A stretch of DNA of 64,000 nucleotides from Bugula neritina (taxonomy: Eukaryota; Animalia; Bryozoa): assembly GCA_964035545.1 (NCBI GenBank), contig OZ037771.1:879628-943627 (forward strand). The letters run 5' to 3'. The notes under the pieces are model-generated. The model had not been told where the DNA came from, ran no database searches, and worked only from the letters and a program-made list of their open reading frames with translations. Numbering within the stretch: the stretch's first letter is position 1; every line of letters begins with the position of its first letter. Of this stretch, positions 38,136 through 52,100 are shown in pieces. A program made the translations under genes and the position numbers.

Positions 38136-41100
38136 ATGAATAGTGAGAGTGAAGAAGAAGAAGGTATAAATACATACTTTTGTATGATTAGTTATGATAA
38201 CATATATTACGTTGTATAGTTATGATAACATATATTACGTTATATAGTTATGATAACATATATTACGTTGTATAGTTATGATAACATATATTACGTTGTA
38301 TAGTTATGATAACATATATTACGTTGTATAGTTGTGATAACATATATTACGTTATATAGTTGTGATAACATATATTACGTTGTATAGTTGTGACAACATG
38401 TATTACTATTTTTCCTGGCAGAGCTTTAAAATAAAAATAAAAATATCTTCTAAAAGTTTGATTTTTTTAAAAAGTGAATATTTTTCAGTTATTCGTGTAT
38501 TTTCTACATGAGATTTCAGCATCAAATCGGAACTATTTAACAGTTTTGCTGCTAAACTTAAAAATTATCTCTCTCTTCTTATTTCAGCAGTTCTTGGTTT
38601 TACAGTTGCACAATGAAATATGTTTTAATAGCTTTAACATTTAAATGTAATGTACTTTACAATACTAGGTGTTACTTTGCGATGCTACGTATACTCTCAA
38701 TAGCTTGGAGCGGTTGCTTTAACATGCAGTCATTTATATTCTACATCAGCAGATATGAGGGTGGAGGCTAACAGGTTCCAGACTCTGCGAAGGTTGAAGA
38801 CAGGCCAAGGTGGAGATTATTTTCCCGAGGAGTCGTGTCACATGTTTGCATCTAGGGGTCTGCATGTAAACAGAGGTAAGTTTTTAATAACTCCAGCGCC
38901 ATGTTAGAACCGGAGTTGGTAAATAATTTTAGCAAATTTAGCTAATTCATGAATTCAAATGTTCTACTAAATTGATGGAATTTTGTTCAACATTTAGACC
39001 ACACTATTTCTATTATATCTACTGGACGTCACATATTCTCTACTGGTAAGTTACAGATGTTGATAGGATACAATCTTCCGCTGTTATGACAATAAACACC
39101 TACTAATAAATGACCATACTAGTAATTGTCTTCTCTCTGTACGAATACTTTATTATATTACCCACAATACTTGTCTTGTTCTCTCTCTTCTTCTTTGTAA
39201 CTAAAATACAGCAGTCTTGTCAACTACAACTCTACTAATTTACCCCAATATTTAACACAAATCAGATGGCACCAGTCTCCAACTCATTAACAGATCTATT
39301 CTTGCTAGATTATTATAGGTTACCTGACAGGTGTTCTCATATTAAATGACATGTCATATTAAACCAATCTATACTCTATCATACCTGATTGTCCCTGCTA
39401 TTTTCTCATAGCCTGTGTTCATCAACTCATATCCCCAGTGTTCTTTTATTATAAAGATTGTAGTATTATGAGTTTCCACTATACATTTGGAAGTATATCA
39501 AGAACACTGAATTAAAAAGCCATAGTTCAATGATAATGAGTATTTTTAACTACTGCATAGCCTGTGTTCTAGACAAAGAGCTGGCCTGTGCCTTCTGCAA
39601 CTTTACTATTAACAATCTTGACTCTAAAGTTCCAAATGAGAAAGAGCTCTTTTCAGATCATTTTGAATGGCAAAAGATGAACGGTGAAACATGCTCCTTT
39701 CTTACCAGTAACTGATCATGCAAAATATTTTGTAAGTCGTATAATTATTTTATTGTATAGCTTATTTTACATATCAATTGGAAGTTATAAAGCTCATTTT
39801 TTCCTTTCACACAACGATGTTTAGGCCGGGGAGATGAGACAAATCAAAGGAATGTAGCTGACATGACAAATGATTTCAACTGGTCGAATGATTTGTTTAC
39901 AGCAAAAAGCAGGGACAACAACTCCTCTTTCCAGGAGCCTGTGGTGACACGGAATACTCCTGAGGTGAGTTCTATAAATAGAACATGGGTAGAGCTGATA
40001 TCATCCTCTGTGAAGAAATCCCTCAGATACTTTGACCTGAAGCTGTTGTGTCAGGAAATAGTAGTATGAGATGCACTTTGCTTGTTTACTGACTAGTCAA
40101 GGTCAAATTTCAAGGTCAGATGTCAAGGTCAAGATGCTGTTGGCTTATCTCTCTTGCTATCTTTGCTGCCTCATACATTCAATGTGCTTAGTAGTATGAC
40201 ATGCATGTGACATGCATGTGACATGTGACATATGGAATGTATGTGACATTTGTAACAGGCATGTGACACATGATATGTGACATATAACACATGTGTGACA
40301 TGCATGTGACAGGCATGCTGAATGTACTCTGCAGGTTATAGAGAAGTTTCTTGAATGCTGGAATTATCCCACCGTTGAGAGAGCACTCAGAGCTGGGCTA
40401 AAACCTGCAGAAGTCAGGAAATATTTGTTCCATCAGATCAAGGTAACATGACAAATGGCGTTATGTGTTTGATCAGGTCAAGGTAACGTTACGTGTTTGA
40501 TCAGATCAAGGTAACGTTTTGTGTTTGATCAGATCAAGGTAATGTTATATATCATATTATAAGTGTTACCAACAGTTTCATTAGCCATGGGTTATAATAT
40601 AACCAGTGTATACCATTTGATAGCCAGTAAAAGAAATTGCATATAATCTCTTTGTTTTTTATATACTCTACATATATACTATAAAATCTACTCTATAATA
40701 GATTCTACAAAATGCTATATAATTTATCATACTTACATATACTACATTTGTGAGAAAGTGAACTATAAGACATCTTGTATATGTATATGCTTGTAGACAG
40801 TCCTGCTTATATATTACAGAGTCTTACTTGTATTACAGAGTCTTACTTATGTTACAGAGTCTTACTTGTGTTACAGAGTCTTACTTGTATTACAGAGTCT
40901 TACTTATGTTGCAGAGTCTTACTTGTATTACAGAGTCTTACTTATGTTACAGAGTCTTACTTGTGTTACAGAGTCTTACTTGTATTACAGAGTGGCAAAC
41001 CGATAGCTAAGTATGTTTCTGAGATCTTCACTGCAATCCCGTTCAAGCACTCAGAGGTTGAAAACCCGGCGTCAGTAGAAGCTGCGAGACGCCAGAGAGA

Positions 41101-41604
41101 AGCTGCGAGACGCCAGAGAGAGGCTGAAGCCAGAGCATCTAGAGAGATCAAGGAATGTCTGCTCTGTAAAATATGTAAACATGCGATGGTTGAGACGGCT
41201 TACCTCCCTTGCACACACATGGGTAGAGTACTATTGTTAGCCTAGGGTACCCTGTGGCCTGTAGCCTGTGGCATTATGAGCTTTACCCTGTAGCGCTATA
41301 TGTTTCACTCTACAGTCTATATTACTATATGTTTCATTCTACAGTCTATATTACTATATGTTTCACTCTACAGTCTATATTACTATAATATGTTTTACCA
41401 TGTGTTATGCTAAGCTGTATCAATACGCTAAATGTTGTCAACAGAAACTCTTTGCTTGCTCCTTGTTTCTCAGCTATATCTGTCTACCTTTCAGTTGCAT
41501 GCAGGGAGTGCAAGAACTCATTAGATGGCAGATCTTGCCCAATCTGCAGAGTAGAGATCACAGGGTGGTTTTCTGTGCAGTTTTCTCCCTCCAGGATTGA
41601 CTAG
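38136..41604 (+). CDS. IAP-4: single atypical BIR + UBA-like + RING (7 coding exons)
   Basis: Exons 38136-38163, 38753-38875, 39573-39707, 39825-39964, 40335-40442, 40991-41222, 41495-41604 are in frame. BIR DMRVEANRFQTL..FASRGL..CAFC..H..C; UBA-like PTVERALRAG; RING CKIC..PCTHMVACREC..CPICRVEITGWFSVQFS. Confidence 0.8.
38188..38405. repeat. 29-bp minisatellite just inside IAP-4 intron 1
   Basis: TAGTTATGATAACATATATTACGTTGTA(T) units. Confidence 0.85.
40813..40993. repeat. 19-bp minisatellite, each unit carrying a copy of the acceptor (TTACAG|AGT)
   Basis: TTACAGAGTCTTACTTGTA units; the last copy is the acceptor needed at 40990. Confidence 0.9.
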
Positions 41605-43145
41605 TTTAGTATAGCATGCAGTGGCCTCTGCAGCACACCAAAACCTCCCCACAAGTTATTGTAGCAATTACCAGTGTCTCACTATATCTGTGACTCTTTG
41701 ATATCTACAGCATGCACAGGGTTTGTAGTTTGGTGTTGGAGTGTAGAGCTCAGTGTTACTGTGGCAAGTAATCATTATAGACTTGGCTGTAGGTATCTAG
41801 GTGATCAGAGATTTGGAGAGGCACTGAGTCTAACTAGTTTTTTGGTTACTATAACATGTTTCACTGCTTTTAGGGAGGTTTTCCTTATACAAAGTGCATT
41901 TTCTTTTTCCCATATTTACACATAGAAAGATAAAGAATAAACTGTAATCAATAAGTTGCTGAATATGCGGAATTTAAGCCTGCTATATATATATTATTTA
42001 GCTAAACAGCTATTGAACTAGCTTGTTGGCATTTTAACCTTTTAATGACCTTGGTAATTGCTAAACAAGCTGATTGAAGGGAACAATGCAAATACCACTT
42101 TGTTATTTGGATACGCGAGGCTACTGCATCAATACTAAAGAGAAGGTAGGCCTGCCAAGGGACATACAGTCTATACAGTGTAAACTCAATGACTTGAGTA
42201 ACTTCTGTCATATAGAAGTTGCATAATGAAAAGTTTTCACAGCTGATTGTGTGGTCTTTTGGCATCCTTACATTCTGTGATGAATAGAATTCTGTACTAA
42301 ATAGCTTTAGGAGTTGGTGTAGGTTTTTATGTTTAAAAAACTCCTCCTATTGAATCTTTAATGGGTTCTAACATTGCTCTTTAAATTAGCCCTTTCTGCT
42401 ATTAATTTTCATTTTCAGTGTTTAATTTTTCTGTTGGTGTGTCAATTTCATTTGCTTTCATGTCTCTCATATTTATTTAAATTAAAGCACAATGATATTA
42501 ATAAATGCATGTTCACTTTTTGAGTACTAATAAATAAATATTGCTTTCAACTTCTGGTGTGGATTTTATCTGGTTTAACAAAGAAAGCTATTCATTGCCA
42601 TTTCTAGGGATGGCTATCCTATAGCTATCCTATAGCTATAGTATAGCTATCCTATAGCTATCCTATAACTATACTATAGCTATCCTATAACTATACTATA
42701 GCTATGTTATAGCAATTTCTTTTGAAACAAGAGGATTTGTGTATAATTACAGTAAACAGATATTTTATAAATTTACCAACTCAAAGGCAAACAATTCAAA
42801 AGTTGTGCTCTCTTGTTGTGATACATTGCTGCTGAATAGTTGTACTGCCTGGTCATAATTCTTAATAGATATAGTAAGTAGGTAAAAGTGCTTTCTCACT
42901 TTATCTGATGCTTGGCAATGGCCTACCAAAATCATATCTGTTTACTTCTTTAATATTATCTAAATTTTGGAATATGCAACAAATTATAGTTGCAGTTACA
43001 ACACATGAGCAGTGTGAGTGGCTAGTTTATTACATAGAGTAAGACGTAAGTAACACCTCAAGGCTTTGTGTTTCACGTAATGTCTAAATACATCAGATTT
43101 CAAAAAAGTAGTTCTCTTGCTAAGCAGTTGCAATATTTTACAATC

Positions 43146-46100
43146 ATGTGGAGTTTAATGAGAATATTTTTACTGCATGTTACTGTGATGGCTAGAACGA
43201 AGGCATCATATGGCAAAGATGTAATATTCAGATGCCATGGAGATTATGAGTTAACTGAAAACATTGTTAGTCGGAATGAGAGTATAACTACAATCATTTA
43301 TATCCCAGCTGGGAATGAAATTGATAACTCTTCTTTCAACGTAACCTGCCTTCTGGTGAACACGAAAGGTGAGTCTGGATTTCTTTATTTTCTTTGCTTT
43401 TTCTTTGCTTTCTGTAAAAACATTACCTTATATTTTCAACATAAATGCTATTAAAGTTGTATTCTTAAGTTTCTGCTTTATATTACTTTTATTTGCTATT
43501 TTTACTTGCTATAAATACACAGCCTAGACATAGCATAAAATGTTGGAAAATTGCTGATCTGTGGAATGCTGTGGTGAGATTTCATTGTTTGGTCTTTGTG
43601 AAGAGAGAATCTATAGAATATATTGGTACAATGTGTGTATATATATAATATGTATACATTGTGCCAATAAACAGTCTTGAATGTATGTGAATATAATATG
43701 TGCACTTCCTTAGGACTGTAACTGCATTAGATTTGTGTGATTTTAGATACGAGTACAGCAGCAGAAGATTTGGAGTTTAGTTCTCTGCATATCACTAATG
43801 TTGCTCACACACTACTCTTTAGAATATCTAACAGCACCTGGCACAAGACGCTAATCATACCTCCACAAGACGAGGAGGGCGTGTGGAGGAGGTCAATAGA
43901 TATATCAGAGTTCTCTATGCTAGGCGGTGCCAGTGGCTCAAATTTACTGGAGGAGTTCCTATTTACGGTTGAGTTGGATAATGGGTTGCACACATCTTAC
44001 GGGTCTCTGATGATATACGGCAGACAGGTGAGATATAGACTAAGAGTTCTCCAAGAACAATCAGAAGCAGGTGCTACTACATACTGAAAACTTGAACTCA
44101 TCGTAAACAAGTATCTCAACCCCGTGCTCAATAAACAATTGATCCTCTTGCAGCCATATCCTGATTACAGCCGATGAAAAACAGGAATTCATTTTTTATT
44201 TACAGCCGCTGACTCATTGGATGTTAGGTTCAAAGGTCACGGTGCCTATGTCAGACGTACTCTCTGGTAGGTCTGTCAGCGATCTACTAAGTAAAGCCTC
44301 GCCATGTTCCGGAAGCATCTGGGTGACCTCTCCCGTTATGGTCGGTGACGTCTACCTAGGCGTGACCTTCCGCTCGTTCACAGAGAAAGAACTCATGTGG
44401 TACAGACTGACAGACTCTTTGCTTCAGGTAATGTAGTTCACAGGAAATGCTGCTGCCTGTGACTAAACCTCTAGCATGGGATATTATATTGTTGCAGTTT
44501 AGTTTATGTTTACAACCGGCAACCATACCATTGTACTAGCTACGATTAGAGCTACAGGCTCTAGTACATAGAGTAGGGGTGTGGCATATGTGTTAATCAT
44601 GCAAAGGATGAAGCAGAATTGTATTATAGTTCTAAAATCATCTCTGTATACAATTGAATGAAACAGATTTTGGACTAATTATTCAAATGACTATGTAACA
44701 TGTGTAGGCCACCCCTTATTTCTGGTTAGAAGGTAATTTCTTCAAAAGTTTTACAATTATCTATGTCTGATGGTTGAAACAATATAGTGGTGTCCCTGAT
44801 AACCGTATTATGTTTAAATACTCTGTTTAATCTGCTATATTTTTGTGATTTCACTGGTCTTTGCTTGTATAACCTCTAGCTAACAGATCACATCTTTGCC
44901 TAGGCCTGCAGCAAAGTGACTGAGACCGACTGTGATATGTCCAGTGTGAAACTGAAGGAACTCATTCTAACCAATTACCACGTATTTCTGGTGACTAACT
45001 TAGGCTTCTTCGTCAGCTCTGAGATGCATCTCTCTAATGAAAATATGGCGACTAAACCCCAAATAGACTGGATAATGGGTAATATATATAATCATATTAT
45101 ATAGTGTTATGACAGACCTTAGAGTAATATGTATATAAAATCATATAGTGTTATAGAAGCTAAAGTTAAATCGAATCAAAAGAATTTCCTGAGCGCAACA
45201 AAACTATTTTTCATAAACCAAATACTTCAACACAATATTTGTTCATATTGAAATTTTACTAAACGCTTGCAGTTGACCCGTTCAAGAGTTTTGCGAACAC
45301 GAGTGATGTTCCCAACAACGTGCTGGCAGATTACACACCAATATGCTTAGACAAGCAGAGTAGTTGCATACACAAAGATGAGATCTACATAACATACCAT
45401 ATGTAAGCCCCTCTCTAGGACCTAAGGTTATGCTAGAGAAGCTCAATGATTAGTACTGTAGAGAGTTTGAATCTGTTTTATTTTATGCCATGTATGATTA
45501 ATGAAACAAAATATTGGGTCGGAAAAATCAAGTTGATTTAACTTGGAGTAAATACTTCACAGGATTCAGGTTTCTAGCATTCATATTGTTTTAATGAAAG
45601 ACCCCGTGACACATCTATACTTGGGTGGACAACTTTGCATTACATTGCTATGGAGATAGCATATGCATTGCCAGGGCTTCACGTCATAGCTTCAGATCCA
45701 TTCGTATAGCCAAAATATTTCATTGCCATGCAATACTTTGGCTATATCTTGCCTTTAATATGCAATACCTTGACAGTGCATGATGATGACAGTGCAATAT
45801 TCACATAGTGTACTATTGTAATAGTGTAAGATTTTTATAGTGCAGTATTTTGAGATTGCAATCATTAAGAATATTGTATAACTTTGGTGGTGATACTTTC
45901 CAAGAGCAGGCAGGACCAGCCCGGAGTGATCTGTATCGGTTCAAAGAGCTTATCCCAGTCCCATTGGAACTGCCAACTGTCTCAGTCACCCGAGCAGGCA
46001 GGGGAGATAATTCAGATCAGTGAGTTGTCTTACTATATGAGATTAACAAAAAGCTGCTTTCAGCAAAGATAGAGTTGTTACAAATTATTCTAACATAGAA

Positions 46101-49100
46101 TTTGCCTGTCTGCCTTCCAAACTAAAACTTACTAAACATTATGCTAATAGAAAGTCTAGAGTCTGAGCGGGTATGTAACAAAGAATACTGGCCTATATGC
46201 TGTGCTATACACTGAGCTCTACGCTGTGCTATACACTGAGCTCTACGCTGTGCTATACACTGAGCTCTACGCTGTGCTATACACTGAGCTCTATATTGTG
46301 CTATACACTGAGCTCTACGCTGTGCTATACACTGCACTATACAATGAGATCTATGCTGTTACAGTTCCCACTATTCACTCGGAGTACGTCATTATCCTGC
46401 AATGGAATGAGACAACCGTGCAAGCTGCCGTGACTATTAGCCTGCCTTCCTTGAATGTAGCCATCTTCCCCACCTACTATCTGCCCGCCAACCTTAGATT
46501 TACTCGTATGAAACTACACCCACAGGCTCTGGTTGTGTTCTTGTTTGGTGAGGAATTGTGGGCCAGCTATGACACAGGAGCTACATTTTATGCTATGTAT
46601 CGCAGCGAGTTTAGACACGTGAGTTGAGCTTTAGAGCTTGTAGTTACTAGACTGTTTTTGCTGAATACATTGCTCTCACATAGTATAGAATTTTACAATT
46701 TTTTTTAGAAAAACTGCTCAGCTTGAATGTGTGTTTCCTATAACAGTTTCTAAGAAATGTGCAAAAAGTTGTGCAAAATTTTAAAGCTGGTATGACACTA
46801 ATATGATCTTTGTACTTGCACTTATAGATTTGTATATATACAGTACATGTTCTATTCTGAAATAAAAAAAGGAAATTTTGTTCTGTATGTAAGCATTTTA
46901 TTAAAAAACACTAATCATGAGATTACAACCTGGCTACAAGGTTATAGAATCTGGCTTCAGACTGACACAGAATTGATCTCTTCTATGGTTTGCAGCCTGT
47001 TAAAGATGTCATATTCAATGCCGACAATGTTAACACCGAGCTGCTTGCGGTGGCTGGAGAAGAGAACGGAGGGTATACAGACTTGGTGTATGGGACACTA
47101 GAGTCACAGAGGATGATGCATGTGACGACCACTCAAGCCATCGCTAGCCCATTCCTTCTAATTAATAATCCTAAGCACGTCCAGATTTACAAACTAGAAA
47201 ATGGTAAGTTTAGTAGGTTTAGTAGTCAGTATTTGGAGATATCAATGCTTTCTTTAATATCTTTGAAGTGAAGCATAAAATGTGGCTATTTGGTACTAAA
47301 TATTACATTGGATGTGTCTTTTGCCTAGGCCCTAGTGGATTGAGCATTCTCTAGTTAAGAAACTCGGTCTACATCTAGAATATTCTACTGTTATAGATGA
47401 ATTTGGGTTGGAAAGCATTAATAACATTGAAGATGTTTTGAGTCAGAAAGTTTACTTAGATGTTAGCTTAGCTTTGGAATTCTCCTCATCTACAGAGTAT
47501 ACAGGTGAGTAGAAAGTATACAGGTGAGTAGAAAGTAAACAGGTGAGTACAGAGTATACAGGTGAGTAGAAGGCATACAGGTGAGTACAGAGTATACAGT
47601 TGAGTACAGAGTCTACAGGTGAGTATAGAGTCTACAGATGAGTACAGAGTCTACAGGTGAGTATAGAGTATACAGGTGAGTAGAGAGCATACAGGTGAGT
47701 ACAGAGTCTATAGGTGAGTATAGAGTCTACAGGTGAGCAAGGTTTATATTCAACTAGCAGCTTGTGTTGAAAAAAGCATCTCTTAATACATTTATACTTT
47801 ATTAAGCAATTTTTCTAAAAATGCATGTTCTTAGGTAGAGTGCTATTGAATTAGTATTTAAAATAACTTGTTAATGTTATTTTATGGTGCTCATGTCATG
47901 TGGTAAATATTTAGTCTACGAGCTGACGCAGCAGCCATCTGGCAGCCATACTCGTCTAGCGTTCTACCACGTCGGCATGGTTCTGGTGGGACAGCGAGGC
48001 GGGCAGGCCAAGATTGTTGACTTTCGCACTACAAAATATGGAGCCCAGGTGAGCTCCACCTGTGACTGTCTCTACAATCAGTCTACATATACTATAAGAT
48101 TTGTTTAAAAAAAAGAAAATACTTACTTCAAAACAGCAGTATAAAATTGTTACAGCCACATGTTACTGCAGCATATACTAGTATAGTTGTTGTCTTTCCA
48201 CAGGTAACCTTGGCGATAAATGTGCCATTTCACACTGACGCTGAGAGAGCCAATATGCTACCTTTTGATATAAAGATAGATAAAGTTGGTGATAGAGATG
48301 TGCACATAACACTTCAGCATAACGGCGCTACAGTCACATCTGACGGCTGGTTGACGGTAAATTGTCGTACCTGCTCAGTAGTCAGTTACCTCTTAGCCTG
48401 TAGACAGGTGTATCAGTCAGGTAACACATGTGACTCGCCGGGTAAGCATGCATTTGAATGGTAACACTAAGAGACTAAAGCACTAGTAGCACCTAACGAA
48501 AGAGATCTAGTAGACTAGAAATGCAGTACTAATGTTGGTTTGTAGAGTGACGTTAACAAAACCCTGATAGTAGCTCTTCACACTGACTACCTAATAACAG
48601 AAGTTCTAAACACCAGTACGGTGGCAGCAGTGGCTGTCGATGACTTCAAGGCCGACCTAATAAACCATGGCCACTGGAAGATAGTAGACATGTCGGCCGG
48701 AACTTGGTGGCTTGAAGAAGACAAGTGTAGACAGAGAGTAAAGGTGAGGTAGTAGGTAAATGGTGGAGCAAACAAATTATGTTATTCTAAAAATACATTA
48801 AAACATTTTTGCACAACTTTAAAAAAATGATAATTTCTATTGAAGTTCTCACTGTAGGTAATTGTAACTAATTTATCCAGATTCATGACTGGTAACCGGC
48901 TTGACTTTCCACTACAATGTAGATTAGGCAGGACTGTGATGAAACATTCCCAGCTATAAGTACTCACCTGATATATGTATACTGGGTATACATCAGGTAT
49001 ACATCAGATATATATCAGGTATATACTTTATATATGCATTTAATATATACCTGATGTATACCTGATATATCTACTTGATGTATAACTGATATATGCCTTA

Positions 49101-52100
49101 TATATACCTGATATATATCTGATATATTTATATATATACGGCTGTAAACTACTAGTTACTACTACAAGCCATTCTCAATACTATGCAGATAGAAGTAAGA
49201 GTTTTTGCTCTTTAAACAAATACAATAGCCTTAGAGTTTAGTTAATAATGTAGGTGGAATCGGAGAGCCACCACCGTCTGATTGCCATAGATATCGGCAC
49301 CAGTACGAGCCTCCATATTGAAACAAGTAACGAGTTTTCCAACTCTTTACGATTCTCCAACCCTAAGATAGACTACAGCAACCCTTACATCTTCACCAAG
49401 TCTTCTGAGGTTGGTTGTACCTGCGGTATCAACAGTATAGGGCTACATTCTAATCTCTCTGCTTCTGGGATCATAAAGTCAACTTCATAATAAAAACAAT
49501 GATTATAAGTAGGCTACTGTAGTACTGTCTAATAAAAATACAGCATTCTCATACAGTTGCTATAGCCTGCCATACAACTATAAAATTTATAATTGTTTTG
49601 CTGTGAGATGGTATTAAATATTATTCATAATAATATGCTGCATGCTGTAGTGTGACAATTGCGGTATTTCATACCATTGATGTCCACAGCCTGAGAGAGG
49701 CGCTACCCTAGCTGTAGTTGTTGTGTCCAATGCACGGTCCTTGGTATATAGGAATGTATATAGCCTACAGCTAAGGTGAAGGTCACACTCTCTATACACT
49801 GACAGGTTGACAGGTACCCTGGTCATATTATCACTCACCTGACCCTCACTGACCGCTACTTCAAGTCGTCTGGCTCCAGTGTGCTCATCTACTACGCCCA
49901 CAGCAGTCTCCTCTGCGCCAGAACCGCCCACATCTACAGGGTTCTGCTCTGCTGCTCCTTCCACAAGCGCATTATCTTCACTTACCCTCAGAAACTCACC
50001 CCACAGGTATTCTGTATCTTCGTAAACTATTTCAGTTACCCGGTGAAGCCTTGACCTTGTAATGAACTTGACCTCTACTAGGATATTTGACTGATATTCA
50101 AATAAAATGCAGTGTAGCCTCAGTTTCAACAGTTTTCATTGCGATCCACGCAGATGCTGCTGGACTACAACCGCCACGGAGATATATTAAAGGATCTGCC
50201 GGTAAACTACAGACCCCCGTCTGCCCTCGGCATAGCCATACCACTATCCCATAATATATACAACGCGGACCCATCTAAACCCTTGCTTTACTCCAAATAC
50301 AAGGTAGTGCATCGCCTTTCATCTTATGCATTCTTTGTGAATATAGCACCAGGTCATGTGATCTAATAGCACCAGGTCATGTGATCTAATAGTACCAGGT
50401 CATGTGATCTAATAGTACAAGGTCATGTGATCTAATAGCACCAGGTCATGTGATCTAATGTACGCATGTATATTGTCCAGCCAAAAGCTCTATAATGCGT
50501 GACTCAATATGAACCTGCTATAAGTAAAGCAGTTCGTATGTGTAGTTATTGAAATATTGCTTTCTATGTTGTTGGCCAAACTATGTCTTGCACATTAACA
50601 CAACGGATGCAGTCATTACTTCTAGAAATCCATGGAGACAGCAGTGTTCAAGATGACACCATCTTGTTACCAGAAGAACTCTCCCTGTGGCTGCACACCG
50701 GATAAAGAAGCAAGTAGACTGGTCACTCACTCTGACTGCATCAAACGGGTTTGTACTTGCACACTGTCATCTCAACTTACGAGGTTGTTGCTACTGTCGT
50801 AGTTGTCTTCTCTACCTACATTGTACAATAAACTACCTACAGCATAGATTCTTTAGAATAACTTAGATCTAACATTCCTCATTTATAATGCTGGTTTCTG
50901 CTGTCAGCTGGTTAGTTGTGTCAGCAAATATAATATATTAATAAATAACAAAAATAGTTGCATATGTAATTACTATCCAATATATGCTATTACACTATTA
51001 TACATGTGTCACTGCACTCACCTACATATGTCACTACACTCACCTACATATGTCACTACACTCACCTACATGTGTTACTACACTCATCTACATATGTGAT
51101 TACACTCACCTACATATGCGATTACACTCACCAGCTACATATGTCACTACACTCATCTACATATGTCACTACACTCATCTACATATGTTACTACAGCTCA
51201 CTAAGACAATGTGTTGCTGCAGGTGTATAAGTTAACTCTGCCAGGATGGCTCTACCTCTGCTTTGCTTTTGAAGTCCTCAATACGACGTCTAATCGAATC
51301 TATTTGTCACCCATAGACAGCATGTACAACTTAACTCGTAAGTATACAGTACGTACAACTTAACTCGTAAGTATGCAGTACGTACAACTTAACTCGCAAA
51401 GTTTACAGTATGTACAACTGGATAAAGTGGGAGTAAGGGTAATTTGTAGATTTGTAGAAGCTGTCTGAACTTCTGTGTTGGTAGTAAAGGAACTGAACGG
51501 CAGAAAGGACTTTCAGCTCTATCGACAAGAATCTGCTAGAAGCAAAGCTGACACTATAAGCCAAAAGTCCGCAGACTTAGAAAGTTTTGCGTACAGTACC
51601 GACCCCTATAATCTGAGAATAAAGATGATGGGATCTGGGCTATACCACTTCAGATCTGCTGTGCCGCCCATCATGTCGTATTGCACCTTGCAGACAGAGT
51701 TTGTGGTGAGCCGGTTTAGCCTGTCATATCCCGCGATACAATAGTATCAGTTAGTTTGTATGCTGACAGAGAAAGAGCCTTGTTTGGTGAAATTATGATG
51801 ATACTTGTGGGATTAGAGAGAATAAAATTCAACTAGAGTAAAATAAAATTGGAGACACTACAGCTTGCATTTGTTTCTCTTGTGACAGGTTTATGTTGAT
51901 GAGCCTCCTGTACCTTACCCTCTGCTATTTCTCATGAACTTTGGGGTGGCAATCGGTAAGCCCCTTTATGTACTTGGTTGGTGTCAGCTGTCATACTATA
52001 CAGTGTCAGCTGTCATACTATGCAGTGTCAGCTGTCATACTATGCAGTGTCAGCTGCCATACTATACAGTATACAGTATACAGTGTCAGCTGTCATATTA

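Noticed and set aside
49614-50129. 171-aa minus-strand ORF
   Set aside because: Antisense shadow of CATSPERB exon 14 (49807 onward); no recognisable motifs.
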